The translations under genes were made by a program, and so were the position numbers. This document shows positions 53,976 to 64,000 of a DNA stretch of 64,000 bases, piece after piece (position 1 is the stretch's first letter; every line of letters begins with the position of its first letter). A model generated the notes under the pieces. That model was not told the origin of the DNA and ran no database searches. It saw nothing but the letters and a program-made list of their open reading frames with translations. Origin of the DNA: a phage. The stretch lies in the NCBI GenBank assembly GCA_037574385.1, contig GCA_037574385.1_4529.1; one strand, given 5' to 3'.

Positions 53976-54878
53976 TTATAGACCGGCTAACAGGTCATCG
54001 AGGTCACCATCATCAGAGGATGAGGTAGAGCTCATGAAGTCATCTTCAGTTTTTGCAGAACTAAAGGCTTCCATGTCTTTATCAAAATCGTCAAGGTCAG
54101 AAGCAACTTTATCTGCAACAGAAGCTGCTGCGGCTGCTGCACCACCAAGAGCGGCAGTACCAAGAACCTTAGCGAAAGATTCATTTAATTTTTCAAAAGA
54201 TTTGAACTGGTCTTTAGCCGTCAAAGTAGTAAGGTCTACCATCTGGTCATACAGTTCTTTCTGGAATGCTTCGTCATTAATACGAGGAATTTCAGATTGA
54301 CCCAAGAATTTAGATTCGTCATAGTTGCTAAAACCGGAAACCTGCTTAGCTTTCAGAACGAAGTTAGCACCTTCAAACGGACAAGTAACATCAACTGGAG
54401 TTTCACCCATTTCGGTATCAACAGCAATCATTGCATTGATTTTGTCCCAAATCTTTTTACCGAAACGATATTTAAATACTTTACCTTCGTTATCTGGAGC
54501 TTGAGGGTCTTTAACAACCAGAATATTAGCCCAATAGGAAGTTTTACGTTTCAGTTGAGAATATTCAGTTTTGTTGGTATTGTACAGGTCATTTTTACTA
54601 ATGTACTGACATACAGGACAAGAGTCGTAATCACCATGTGTAGAAGAGCAATTTTCAATATACCATTTACCATTTTTCTTGAAACCGTGGTTAACAAGAA
54701 TTGCAAATGGTAGTGCATCATCAGTTTTTGCTGGCAAGAAACGAATTACCGCTTGACCATTACCTGATGCATCTAGCTTCAGCTTCCATTCGCCTTTATC
54801 TTCTGAAGAGAAACCTTTGTTACCGTTCAGTTTAGCCATTTGAGCAGCGAGGTCAGCAGTAGATTTACGTTTAAACAT
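53976..54878 (-). CDS. 32: single-stranded DNA-binding protein gp32
   Basis: 300 aa; zinc-binding Cys/His cluster and acidic C-terminus as T4 gp32. Confidence 0.97.
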   Translation of the reverse strand: MFKRKSTADLAAQMAKLNGNKGFSSEDKGEWKLKLDASGNGQAVIRFLPAKTDDALPFAILVNHGFKKNGKWYIENCSSTHGDYDSCPVCQYISKNDLYNTNKTEYSQLKRKTSYWANILVVKDPQAPDNEGKVFKYRFGKKIWDKINAMIAVDTEMGETPVDVTCPFEGANFVLKAKQVSGFSNYDESKFLGQSEIPRINDEAFQKELYDQMVDLTTLTAKDQFKSFEKLNESFAKVLGTAALGGAAAAAASVADKVASDLDDFDKDMEAFSSAKTEDDFMSSTSSSDDGDLDDLLAGL

Positions 54879-54965
54879 TATATTTACCTTTATTTAGATT
54901 ATTTAATTTATTTACAGTTGGTTGCTACGACACTTATACCTCGTAGCTGGTATGATTTATTTATA
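54879..54965 (-). promoter_or_regulatory. gene 32 leader: late promoter TATAAATA, hairpin/pseudoknot GCUACGA...UCGUAGC and AU-rich operator
   Basis: Minus strand reads TATAAATAaatcataccaGCTACGAggtataagtgTCGTAGCaaccaactgTAAATAAATTAAATAATCTAAATAAAGG..ATG, the architecture of the T4 gene 32 translational operator. Confidence 0.75.
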
Positions 54966-54994
54966 AAGTAATTTTAACACACAAGAAATAAAGC

Positions 54995-55648
54995 TTAATA
55001 CTTACATGATTTGATTGTTTCTATGAACAATTTCTTAGCAGCATTTCCATCGATTTGAAGTATTTTTCGATATGCCTTTAATTTGGTAGAATAATTTTGC
55101 CAGACTAAATTGTCAGTAAGTTCGTCATGCTTATCTATAATATTCAAGAATGAATCCAACAACAAGAAGGTTTCAAACGAAATTATATTGCTTTGTAGCA
55201 ATTTAAATATGTAGCTCGACTGAACTTTATTATTATAATCAAATATCTCTTGAAGCGCACTAACTTCCACTTTCTTACTGAAATAGTAGATGTTACGTAC
55301 ATCTTCAGCAAACGTCTCCTTGGCCTGTTTGAGACGTCCAATATATTCCCTATAGAAAACTAATGCATCAGCGTCTGATATCTCACCAATCCATGCATCT
55401 TGGTTAGCAACTAAGTTACTGATGAATATCAAAGTGAGTTCCTTTAACTTATATTTCTCTGCTAGTTTCTCAAAGAAATATTTATCTCGGCGTTTTTGAT
55501 ACGCATTATCCGAAACACGCATGCACCAGTTATATTTGATTACGTCATACCGACCATTAAAATGTTGTTTGCACATCAAGTATAGTTTGTATACCGATTT
55601 TCCGTTAATATAACGTTCTCCATCAGGAGGCATGCGTATTTTAATCAT
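54995..55648 (-). CDS. 59: helicase loader gp59
   Basis: 217 aa; MIKIRMPPDGERYINGKSVYKLYLM... as T4 gp59. Confidence 0.96.
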   Translation of the reverse strand: MIKIRMPPDGERYINGKSVYKLYLMCKQHFNGRYDVIKYNWCMRVSDNAYQKRRDKYFFEKLAEKYKLKELTLIFISNLVANQDAWIGEISDADALVFYREYIGRLKQAKETFAEDVRNIYYFSKKVEVSALQEIFDYNNKVQSSYIFKLLQSNIISFETFLLLDSFLNIIDKHDELTDNLVWQNYSTKLKAYRKILQIDGNAAKKLFIETIKSCKY

Positions 55649-55983
55649 AATAAGAAATCTAACGTATTAGTTTTTTCACCACGAGCAACTGATGGGCGAA
55701 GCATGTTTTCGTCAATTGCTTCACTTGTAATTTTTTCAACAATTCCTGTAGGAATAAATTTAGCAAATTGTGTTTCTGGAATAGAATTTTCTTCCAAGAA
55801 AGCAGTTGTTGCTTCTAAATAAGACATACCAAATTGTTCAACCATGGATTCGATAATGAATCCGTTTTCTTGACGGTCAAGCAATTTAGCGATATCATCT
55901 TTATCGTGTTTTACTGCTAATTCTTGTTCAGATAAACCGGCCTCATCAACCGGTTTAATATCACTTAGTGAAAACTGTGTCAT
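55645..55983 (-). CDS. 33: late transcription co-activator gp33
   Basis: 112 aa; MTQFSLSDIKPVDEAGLSE... and C-terminal KTNTLDFLL as T4 gp33. Confidence 0.96.
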   Translation of the reverse strand: MTQFSLSDIKPVDEAGLSEQELAVKHDKDDIAKLLDRQENGFIIESMVEQFGMSYLEATTAFLEENSIPETQFAKFIPTGIVEKITSEAIDENMLRPSVARGEKTNTLDFLL

Positions 55984-56230
55984 AAAGCTCGACTACCTCT
56001 TCGTTTTCAGCTTCAAATTGGTCACGAGCATCTTTATGATAAAGAGCTAACAAACGATTAAACATTTTTCCATCGACGCCAAGCTCTTCTTTAGCACGAG
56101 TACGAATGTCTTTAATCAGTTCATTATAACCAGAAATTTTAAGTTTGTTATCGGAAGCTTCCTTGACTAGTTTAGCCAGTTCTTCACCATGCACATCTTG
56201 ATTAAATTCAACTGCTTCTTTCTTAGCCAT
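55961..56230 (-). CDS. dsbA: dsDNA-binding protein DsbA
   Basis: 89 aa from internal ATG (MAKKEAVEF...) with GAGGT RBS; matches T4 DsbA. Confidence 0.93.
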   Translation of the reverse strand: MAKKEAVEFNQDVHGEELAKLVKEASDNKLKISGYNELIKDIRTRAKEELGVDGKMFNRLLALYHKDARDQFEAENEEVVELYDTVFTK

Positions 56231-56237
56231 GTTTACC

Positions 56238-57155
56238 TCAGAATTCATTAATTACACTTGTTAATTTAGAAAGTCCAGATTTTACAAAGTACGAATAAAT
56301 CTTGCCTTTAGGTTGTGGTTTATATGAGTTATAATACTCTATAATGGTTGAAGCAATATTATCAGGGATATAATCAAAATCAATTAGAACCAAATTTTCT
56401 TGGTACCGTTTATATTCTTCTGCACTTAATAATACTTCAGCTTGAGAACGGTCATTAGCAATTGCTTCAATAATCGTTGTTTTCATGCTTGGAGTTCGTT
56501 CGCCTTCAACTCGAGTAAACCAGAAATCACCACGAACTCGAACAGACGCAACACCATCTTTACGGTCGCCTTTAAGAATTTTAGTCATGCAATCAATTTC
56601 GGCAGAACCATTCTTAATTTTAACCCATTTTTTCTGCGGTGGCGACCACTGTTTAACGTTAGGGTATTTGTGTAATTGTGTAAAGTCACCATCTGATGCA
56701 ACAATACACACCTTATGACCGGCTAATGACAAATATTTAGTTAATACACCGATATGGTCATCTGCTTCGTATTTGTCAATATCCATTACAACGTATGGCA
56801 TATATTTCTTAATCTCATCAACGACTTGATGGAGTGCAGTAAAATATCCTTCCCAATCCCACTTTGAAGCTTCACGATCGGTTTTACGATTTTTCTTATA
56901 ATAGTAAGCAAAGTCGCGTCGCCAATACCCAGAAGTAGCGTTATCCATGCACAATACAAATTTTGTATAACCTTGCTTACGGAACATCACTACGTTTTTA
57001 CGAATTGAATTCAAGATTACATGGCGAACCATCGGAACAGTAATTTTATCACCGTCTTCAAAGTTGTTTAATGCAGCTGCTAATGCAATGTTACTAAAGT
57101 CTGCAAGTGCAATACCTTCTTTGTAATCTTCATCCAACATCATTTCTAAATCCAT
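56238..57155 (-). CDS. rnh: RNase H (5'-3' exonuclease, FEN-1 family)
   Basis: 305 aa; MDLEMMLDEDYKEGIALADFSNIAL... as T4 RNase H. Confidence 0.97.
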   Translation of the reverse strand: MDLEMMLDEDYKEGIALADFSNIALAAALNNFEDGDKITVPMVRHVILNSIRKNVVMFRKQGYTKFVLCMDNATSGYWRRDFAYYYKKNRKTDREASKWDWEGYFTALHQVVDEIKKYMPYVVMDIDKYEADDHIGVLTKYLSLAGHKVCIVASDGDFTQLHKYPNVKQWSPPQKKWVKIKNGSAEIDCMTKILKGDRKDGVASVRVRGDFWFTRVEGERTPSMKTTIIEAIANDRSQAEVLLSAEEYKRYQENLVLIDFDYIPDNIASTIIEYYNSYKPQPKGKIYSYFVKSGLSKLTSVINEF

Positions 57156-57188
57156 ATGAACCTCTTGTTCAGTTAGTCAACTTGGACT

Positions 57189-57218
57189 ATAGTAACATAC
57201 TAGTTCGAAAGCGTAAAT
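57189..57218 (-). promoter_or_regulatory. early-type promoter ATTTAC-N18-TACTAT for rnh
   Basis: Minus strand ATTTACgctttcgaactagtatgtTACTATAGTC in the divergent rnh/34 intergenic region. Confidence 0.45.
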
Positions 57219-57233
57219 AGTCTTTTACTCATT

Positions 57234-57241
57234 TATAAATA
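57234..57241 (+). promoter_or_regulatory. late promoter TATAAATA for gene 34
   Basis: Exact TATAAATA about 35 nt upstream of gp34 ATG. Confidence 0.7.
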
Positions 57242-57275
57242 GTAAAATAGAACACATAATGATAAGAGGACTACC

Positions 57276-60200
57276 ATGGTTGACATCAAACGTAAGTTCA
57301 GGGCCGAAGATGGTCTTGACGCAGGCGGTGATAAGATAGTTAACGTTGCGCTTGCTGACCGCACAGTTGGCACCGATGGCGTGAACGTTGACTTTTTGGT
57401 GCAAGAAAACACCGTACAGAATTATGACGAGACGCGCGCGTATACAAAAGATTTTATTGTTCTTTATGATAATCGTTTTTATCAAGCTTTAAACGATATT
57501 CCAGCTCCGGCAGGCCCTTTCTCTTTGGCTAAATGGAAGGCAACTCGTACAGATGCAGAATGGATTACAGTTCAAGGCGGAGATTTCCAATTATCAGTAG
57601 GTAACTCTATCGCGGTTGATACTTCAGCTGGCACTGATATTAATTTCACTTTGCCTCAAAATCCTTTAGATGGCGATACAGTTATTTTGTCTGATATTGG
57701 TGGTAGAGTAGGCTATGTAAAAGTTCAAATTACTGCAGAGGCTCAAAGTATTGTAAACTTTAGAGGACAACAGGTTCGTTCAGTTTTAATGACGCACCCA
57801 AAATCTAAAATGGTCTTCATTTTTAGCAACCGCCTATGGCAAATGTATGTTTCTGATTACGAACGTAATGCAGTCACAGTAACTCCTGCTAAGCCATATC
57901 AGGCGCAACCTAATGATTTTATCATTCGACGTTTTACATCAGCCGCTCCTATTAATATTACATTGCCTCGTAATGCTAATAATGGCGATATTATTAATTT
58001 AGTTGATTTAGACAAATTAAACCCATTATATCACACAATTGTCAAAACTTACGATGAAACAACTTCTATACGAGAAGCTGGTGTTCATGTAGCAGAAGGA
58101 CGTAATACTGCGGAAGCATTCTTTGTTTATGATTCTGCTAATAGCTTATGGCGTGTTTGGGAAGGTGACCAGAAATCTCGTTTACGTATAGTTCGTAATG
58201 ATACTGATTTACACCCTAATGAAGAAGTTCTTGTTTTTGGAACTAATAATGATACAATCTCGACGGTAAATCTTACTTTGCCTACAGATATTTTGTCTGG
58301 CGATACTGTTAAAATATCGTTGAATTATATGCGTAAAGGGCAAACTGTAAAAATTAAAGCTGCTGAAGGCGATACAATTGCTAGCAGTATTTCTTTATTA
58401 CAGTTCCCAAAACGTTCGGAGTATCCACCTGATGCACAATGGGTTTCTGTTAGTGAGCTGGAATTTAATGGTGATACTTCGTATGTACCTGTACTTGAGT
58501 TAGCTTATATAGAAGATTATTCATCTGAAACAAAATATTGGGTAGTTCAACAAAACACCGTAACCGTCGAACGAGTCGATGCATCGAGCAATACAACTAG
58601 AGCTCGTTTAGGTGTTATTGCGCTTGCTTCTCAAGCGCAAGCAAATGTTGATTTAGAAAATGCTCCTGGTAAAGAACTGGCTATTACTCCGGAAACATTA
58701 GCAAATCGTACAGCAACTGAAACTCGTCGTGGTATTGCTCGTATTGCAACAACTGCACAAGTTAACCAGAATACCGATTTTGCATTCCAAGACGACTTGA
58801 TTATTTCTCCTAAGAAATTGAACGAACGTACAGCAACTGAAACCCGTAGAGGTGTTGCTGAAGTTGCAACTCAGGCTGAAACTAATGCTGGCATAGATGA
58901 TACCACTATTATTACTCCTAAGAAATTGGATGCCCGTCAAGGTTCTGAAGTTTTATCTGGTATTGTAAAATACACATCTACGACTGGTACTACAGCTGCT
59001 ACTATTCGTGGTAATGCTGGGACTAACGTTTATAACAAAGCTGTAGATAATTTAACTATTTCTCCAAAGGCTCTTGACCAGTATAAAGCTACCCCTACTC
59101 AACAGGGCGCAGTAATTCTTGCTATTGAAAGTGAAGTTATCGCTGGCGAATCACAAGCTGGTTGGGCTAATGCTGTAGTGACCCCTGAAACTCTGCATAA
59201 GAAAACTTCTACTGATGGGCGTATTGGTTTAATTGAAATTGCTACGCAAGCAGAAACTAACACTGGAATTGATTATACTAGAGCAGTAACGCCTAAGACG
59301 TTAAATGATAGGAAAGCTACGGAAGGATTATCCGGCATAGCCGAAATTGCTACGCAAGTTGAATTTGATACTGGAACTGACGATACTCGTATCTCGTCTC
59401 CACTGAAAATTAAAACTCATTTTGATTCTTCTGACCGTACCAGTGTTAATTCTGATTCCGGACTTATTGAAGAAGGAACCTTGTGGAACCATTATACTCT
59501 TGATATTTCTAAAGCAAATGAAACACAACGTGGTACACTTCGCGTAGCAACCCAAGCAGAATCTAATGCAGGAACTTTAGATGATGTTCTTATTACTCCT
59601 AAAAAGCTTTTAGGGACTAAGTCCACTGAAACGTCTGAAGGCGTAATTAAGGTTGCTACTCAGGCTGAAACTGTAACAGGAACTTCTGCTAATACTGCTG
59701 TATCTCCTAAGAATTTAAAATGGATTGTCCAGAATGAACCAACATGGGCTGCTACTACTGCAATAAGAGGTTTTGTTAAAACTTCATCAGGTTCAATTAC
59801 ATTCGTTGGTAATGATACAGTTGGTTCAACACAACCTTTAGAATCATATGAAAAAAATAGCTATGCGGTGTCACCATATGAATTAAACCGTGTACTTGCT
59901 AACTATTTGCCATTGAAAGCTAAAGCCGTAGATAGTAATCTGTTAGATGGTCTAGATTCTCTTCAGTTCATCCGTAGAGACATCGACCAGACGGTTAATG
60001 GTTCTTTAAGTCTTACTAAGCAGACCAACCTGAGTGCTCCTTTAGTATCTACAAGCACTGCTTCTTTTGGGTCCGAAGCATCTGTTACTCGTAGATTAAC
60101 TCTTAACGACTCTAGCGGTTCTGAAATAGTTTTCACTAAAGGAACCCAATCTCTTAGTAATAAAGAGAATTTCGTTGTTAGAGCATGGGGTAATAGCGCT

Positions 60201-61109
60201 ACAGATGGTGCCCGTGATACAGTATTTGAAGCGGGTGACGAAACAGGATACCATTTCTATTCTCAGCGCGCTTCTGATAATAAAGTATCATTTAATATTA
60301 ATGGAACACTTTATTCAACAGGCATTGTTTCTACAAATGGATTAAATGTTACAGGTGTTTCTACCTTTACCGGGCCTATTAGTGCTACAGGCGAAATTGT
60401 TTCTAGTTCTCCTATTGCATTCAGAGCTATTAACGGTAACTATGGTGTTATGCTTTATAATGCTGGTGACAGTTCTTATATTGCATTAACTAACTCAGGT
60501 GACCAGACCGGGACGTTTAATAACTTACGCCCGATCACGATTAACAATGCCACAGGATTAGTTCGTCTTGACAATGGTGTTCAAATCACAAGTGGTGCAA
60601 CAATAACTACCGGTGGGTTAACTGTAAATAACAGAATTATTTCTAACGGCGTTAAAACTGCCACGGTTTATACCGATAAACCAACAGCTTCTACTGTAGG
60701 TTTTTGGTCTATTGACATTAACGATTCTGCTGTATATAGCCAATTCCCTGGATATTGGACGCGTGATAACAAAGGTAACCGTGACCAAGAAATTAAATAT
60801 CCTGGTACTTTGACTCAATTTGGTAATAGCTTAGATTCGCTTTATCAGGATTGGATTTGTTATCCTACTGGTGCAAATGGTGGTAGTATTCGATATACTC
60901 GTACCTGGCAGAAAAATAAAGATGCTTGGACCTCATTTGCAATGGTATTTGATAGTGGCAACCCACCTTCACCTAGCGATGTCGGTGCTATCCCATCCGA
61001 TAATGCTGTGATTGGAAACCTTACTGTTCGAGACTTCTTACAATTAGGAAATGTGAGAATTGTTCCAGACCCGGTTAACAAAACCGTTAAATTTATATGG
61101 GTTGAATAA
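57276..61109 (+). CDS. 34: long tail fibre proximal subunit gp34
   Basis: 1277 aa; long collinear identity with T4 gp34 (N-terminus, ETRRG repeats, C-terminus VRIVPDPVNKTVKF). Confidence 0.97.
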   Translation: MVDIKRKFRAEDGLDAGGDKIVNVALADRTVGTDGVNVDFLVQENTVQNYDETRAYTKDFIVLYDNRFYQALNDIPAPAGPFSLAKWKATRTDAEWITVQGGDFQLSVGNSIAVDTSAGTDINFTLPQNPLDGDTVILSDIGGRVGYVKVQITAEAQSIVNFRGQQVRSVLMTHPKSKMVFIFSNRLWQMYVSDYERNAVTVTPAKPYQAQPNDFIIRRFTSAAPINITLPRNANNGDIINLVDLDKLNPLYHTIVKTYDETTSIREAGVHVAEGRNTAEAFFVYDSANSLWRVWEGDQKSRLRIVRNDTDLHPNEEVLVFGTNNDTISTVNLTLPTDILSGDTVKISLNYMRKGQTVKIKAAEGDTIASSISLLQFPKRSEYPPDAQWVSVSELEFNGDTSYVPVLELAYIEDYSSETKYWVVQQNTVTVERVDASSNTTRARLGVIALASQAQANVDLENAPGKELAITPETLANRTATETRRGIARIATTAQVNQNTDFAFQDDLIISPKKLNERTATETRRGVAEVATQAETNAGIDDTTIITPKKLDARQGSEVLSGIVKYTSTTGTTAATIRGNAGTNVYNKAVDNLTISPKALDQYKATPTQQGAVILAIESEVIAGESQAGWANAVVTPETLHKKTSTDGRIGLIEIATQAETNTGIDYTRAVTPKTLNDRKATEGLSGIAEIATQVEFDTGTDDTRISSPLKIKTHFDSSDRTSVNSDSGLIEEGTLWNHYTLDISKANETQRGTLRVATQAESNAGTLDDVLITPKKLLGTKSTETSEGVIKVATQAETVTGTSANTAVSPKNLKWIVQNEPTWAATTAIRGFVKTSSGSITFVGNDTVGSTQPLESYEKNSYAVSPYELNRVLANYLPLKAKAVDSNLLDGLDSLQFIRRDIDQTVNGSLSLTKQTNLSAPLVSTSTASFGSEASVTRRLTLNDSSGSEIVFTKGTQSLSNKENFVVRAWGNSATDGARDTVFEAGDETGYHFYSQRASDNKVSFNINGTLYSTGIVSTNGLNVTGVSTFTGPISATGEIVSSSPIAFRAINGNYGVMLYNAGDSSYIALTNSGDQTGTFNNLRPITINNATGLVRLDNGVQITSGATITTGGLTVNNRIISNGVKTATVYTDKPTASTVGFWSIDINDSAVYSQFPGYWTRDNKGNRDQEIKYPGTLTQFGNSLDSLYQDWICYPTGANGGSIRYTRTWQKNKDAWTSFAMVFDSGNPPSPSDVGAIPSDNAVIGNLTVRDFLQLGNVRIVPDPVNKTVKFIWVE

Positions 61110-61117
61110 GAGGTTAT

Positions 61118-62242
61118 ATGGAAAAATTTATGGCAAGGTTTGGACAGGGATACGTCCAAACGCCATTTTTATCGGAAAGCAATTCAGTTAGATTTAAACT
61201 AAGTATAGCGGGTTCATGCCCGCTTTCAACAACTAATCCGTATATTTTGTTCCAAAATGAGCCTTTAGGGTTGCAGTCTTTTGGTATTGGACTAAATGTT
61301 AGGGTAATAAATCCGGAAAATGGAACTATAGTTGATAGTAAATTATACAATTTTGCGCCTACAAATAATGCAACTTCAGCTGCATTTATTTCGTTTGTTA
61401 ATACATACGCAGATAATTTCATTTTCGCATTTATTTCTAATAACAAATTTAATTTGCCGCCAGAAATAATTGAATGGTTTAAAGCTGCTGGGAGTTCAGT
61501 TATACCGTCAATTGAAGTTGCTAGTCTTGTTGATATTTCATATTCAGCGTTTTATGTTTCAGGTAAAAATACTATTGCATTAGAACACATAAAATACAGT
61601 AATAAGAAAACAATTTCGGATTACTCAACTCCATTAGATATTGTATATGACTCTATTGCTGATATAGGTGCTACCGGCTATCCTAGACGTACATATGAAG
61701 CTCTAGAAACGTTTTTATCTCCTGTTGGAGGAACTAACAATGAAATAAAAAGGGTGCCTACATCATCCCTTGTTACTCCTATCGCAAACTATGGATTAAA
61801 GCCTACAGATTTTCTTTATTTGAAATTTCAATTAATGGCTGATGAAGCATTACTAGAGGAAGGAACCACAAGACTTTCAATTCGTTTCTTTAAGTCTCCA
61901 TCTAGCTCTCCTATATCGTCTAAAGATATAAACTTTGACGGAACTGCTGGTGAATGGAAGCTATATGAAGAATACGTTGAAATACCAGCTGAAGCCGATG
62001 GCTTTACAGTATATTGTTACCGTACGGCCCCAGTCGGTCAAGGTGGACTAAGAAATGTTATTTTTACTGAAGTATCATGTAACGGAAGTATAGCAAAACC
62101 TGCCGAGTTTGGCCTAAATGGTATTCGTGCTAATTACATCGATGAATCATTAACCGGTAATGATATAATGGACTTGCCTACTCAGTTATCTAACGACACA
62201 GGTAAGGTATTTGGGCAGGAATTTAAAGAGTACACAGAATAA
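61118..62242 (+). CDS. 35: long tail fibre hinge connector gp35
   Basis: 374 aa; synteny and length as T4 gp35. Confidence 0.88.
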   Translation: MEKFMARFGQGYVQTPFLSESNSVRFKLSIAGSCPLSTTNPYILFQNEPLGLQSFGIGLNVRVINPENGTIVDSKLYNFAPTNNATSAAFISFVNTYADNFIFAFISNNKFNLPPEIIEWFKAAGSSVIPSIEVASLVDISYSAFYVSGKNTIALEHIKYSNKKTISDYSTPLDIVYDSIADIGATGYPRRTYEALETFLSPVGGTNNEIKRVPTSSLVTPIANYGLKPTDFLYLKFQLMADEALLEEGTTRLSIRFFKSPSSSPISSKDINFDGTAGEWKLYEEYVEIPAEADGFTVYCYRTAPVGQGGLRNVIFTEVSCNGSIAKPAEFGLNGIRANYIDESLTGNDIMDLPTQLSNDTGKVFGQEFKEYTE

Positions 62243-62260
62243 AGGAGGCTTCGGTCTCCT
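62243..62260 (+). terminator. intrinsic terminator AGGAGGC-UUCG-GUCUCCU + UUUUCG after gene 35
   Basis: 7-bp stem with one G-U pair, UUCG loop, U-tract. Confidence 0.7.
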
Positions 62261-62267
62261 TTTCGCG

Positions 62268-62275
62268 TATAAATA
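62268..62275 (+). promoter_or_regulatory. late promoter TATAAATA for genes 36-37
   Basis: Exact TATAAATA about 27 nt upstream of gp36 ATG. Confidence 0.7.
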
Positions 62276-62301
62276 CTTTAATATTAATAAGGAGACACGA
62301 A

Positions 62302-62958
62302 ATGGCCGATTTAAAAGCCGGAAGTACAGTTGGTGGTTCCGTCATATGGCATCAAGGCAATTTTCCTTTAATGCCAGCTGGCGATGACATCCTATATAAA
62401 ACATTTAAATTATACACTGAATATAACAAGCCAAAAGCGGCTGATAACGATTTCGTATCTAAAGCAAACGGCGGGACATATCTCAAAAAGGTAATCTTTA
62501 ACGAAGGTGTTGCAGTCAAAACAGCTGATGACCAAACGAATGGTATTTTTTCTGGTGGTGGTGACGCCGCGACATTCGACCAAACAAACATGGATATTGT
62601 TTCGTGGTATGGTATTGGGTTTAAATCATCTCAAGGTACCGGTGAAAGAACTGTTGTAATTGATACTCGCACCGGTAATATAAGTTCTAAAGGCGTTATT
62701 GAAGCATCTCAATTCAGAGCCACAACGTTAGCACCTTTAAATAATTACGACCTTACTCGCAAAGATTATGTTGATAGTCAAATAAATACAGTTAATGCTA
62801 ATGCAAACAGTCGTGTACTCCGTTCAGGAGATACGATGACCGGCGCGCTAACAGCCCCAAACTTTTTCTCACAGAATCCTGCATCTCAACCCGCGCATGT
62901 TCCACGATTTGACCAAATTGTTATTAAGGATTCTGTTCAAGATTTCGGCTATTATTAA
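62302..62958 (+). CDS. 36: long tail fibre distal connector gp36
   Basis: 218 aa; synteny and length as T4 gp36. Confidence 0.9.
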   Translation: MADLKAGSTVGGSVIWHQGNFPLMPAGDDILYKTFKLYTEYNKPKAADNDFVSKANGGTYLKKVIFNEGVAVKTADDQTNGIFSGGGDAATFDQTNMDIVSWYGIGFKSSQGTGERTVVIDTRTGNISSKGVIEASQFRATTLAPLNNYDLTRKDYVDSQINTVNANANSRVLRSGDTMTGALTAPNFFSQNPASQPAHVPRFDQIVIKDSVQDFGYY

Positions 62959-62966
62959 GAGGACTT

Positions 62967-64000
62967 ATGGCTACTTTAAAACAAATACAATTTAAAAGAA
63001 GCAAAACTGCAGGAGCACGTCCTGCCGCTTCAGTATTAGCCGAAGGTGAATTGGCTATAAACTTAAAAGACCGTGTACTTTTTACCAAAGATGACCAAGG
63101 AAATATTATTGATCTAGGTTTTGCTAAAGGCGGTAGTATTGACGGGAATGTTATTCATACAGGCAATTATAACCAAACCGGCGATTATACTTTAAATGGC
63201 GTCTTCACTCAGACTGGTAATTTTAATTTAACTGGTATTGCTCGAGTAACTCGTGATATTATCGCCGCTGGGCAGATTATGACTGAAGGCGGAGAACTTA
63301 TTACAAAAAGTTCAGGTACAGCACATGTTCGTTTTTTCGATAACAATAGCCGCGAACGTGGAATCATTTATGCCCCGGCTAATGATGGTTTAACTACACA
63401 AGTACTTAATATCAGGGTTCAAGACTACGCCGCTGGTGATGAAAGCACCTATGCATTTTCGGGCAGTGGACTATTTACTTCACCTGAAGTATCAGCATGG
63501 AAATCTATTTCGTCTCCACAAATTCTGACCGACAAAGTTATTACAAATGGGAAGAAGACAGGCGATTATGACATCTATTCATTATCAAATAACACTCCAT
63601 TGGCAGAAAGCGAAACGGCTATTAACCACCTCCGTGTTATGCGAAATGCTGTAGGAGCAGGTATTTTCCACGAAGTTAATGTTAATGACGGAATAACCTG
63701 GTATTCCGGAGATGGCTTAGACACTTATCTTTGGTCGTTTACCTGGTCCGGTGGATTGAAAGCCGGTCATTCTATCGCTGTAGGTCTTCCAGGCGGTCCA
63801 AAAGGATATTCTGAATTAGGAACGGCCTCAATTGTTCTTGGTGATAATGATACCGGATTTAAGTGGCATCAGGATGGATATTTCCATACAGTAAACAACG
63901 GAACAAAAACTTTCATTTACGGTCCTGCGGAAACACAAAGCCTTAGAAAAATGGTTATGGGTTATTCTCCAGATGGGCTTCTTATGACAACGCCACCGAC
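62967..64000 (+). CDS. 37: long tail fibre distal subunit gp37, N-terminal part (3' end outside window)
   Basis: MATLKQIQFKRSKTAGARPAASVLAEGELAINLKDR... matches T4 gp37 N-terminus; open to window end. Confidence 0.93.
   Translation, partial: MATLKQIQFKRSKTAGARPAASVLAEGELAINLKDRVLFTKDDQGNIIDLGFAKGGSIDGNVIHTGNYNQTGDYTLNGVFTQTGNFNLTGIARVTRDIIAAGQIMTEGGELITKSSGTAHVRFFDNNSRERGIIYAPANDGLTTQVLNIRVQDYAAGDESTYAFSGSGLFTSPEVSAWKSISSPQILTDKVITNGKKTGDYDIYSLSNNTPLAESETAINHLRVMRNAVGAGIFHEVNVNDGITWYSGDGLDTYLWSFTWSGGLKAGHSIAVGLPGGPKGYSELGTASIVLGDNDTGFKWHQDGYFHTVNNGTKTFIYGPAETQSLRKMVMGYSPDGLLMTTPP

Noticed and set aside
54297-54713. 138-aa plus-strand ORF
   Set aside because: Antisense to gene 32

Overview
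The window is one contiguous, densely packed segment of a T4-like (Tevenvirinae/Straboviridae) myovirus genome, collinear with phage T4 from gene 11 to gene 37. Identifications rest on my recall of T4 protein sequences and gene order; no database search was run. Plus strand, 1-16.3 kb: late structural and packaging genes 11(partial)-12-wac-13-14-15-16-17-18-19-20-67-68-21-22-23, then 24. 18-25.6 kb: rnlB, hoc, inh, uvsW, uvsW.1, uvsY, 25, 26. 25.6-31.9 kb: baseplate hub genes 51-27-28-29-48-54. 31.9-57.2 kb, all minus strand: early/middle region alt, DNA ligase 30, rIII, 31, cd, pseT, spanin pair, alc, rnlA, denA, nrdB, nrdA, td, frd, 32, 59, 33, dsbA, rnh, interspersed with about 25 small hypothetical ORFs. 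57.3-64 kb: long tail fibre genes 34-35-36-37(partial). No tRNA, rRNA, CRISPR array, IS element, group I intron or homing endonuclease was found. Content not expected from the T4 paradigm: an AroG-type DAHP synthase translationally coupled to cd; a NADAR/YbiA-like protein next to a HAD-like hydrolase; a ~370-bp relatively GC-rich non-coding segment flanked by a very basic 58-aa ORF missed by the ORF track; an 89-aa early-promoter gene convergent between genes 23 and 24; a sigma-70 region-4-like HTH mini-protein; a four-Ig-domain Hoc. Regulatory architecture is T4-like: TATAAATA late promoters, GTTTAC-type early promoters, MotA-box middle promoters, UUCG/GNRA-tetraloop terminators, gene 32 translational operator. 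Coordinates of motifs read by eye may be off by 1-2 nt; CDS coordinates follow the ORF track and include the stop codon.
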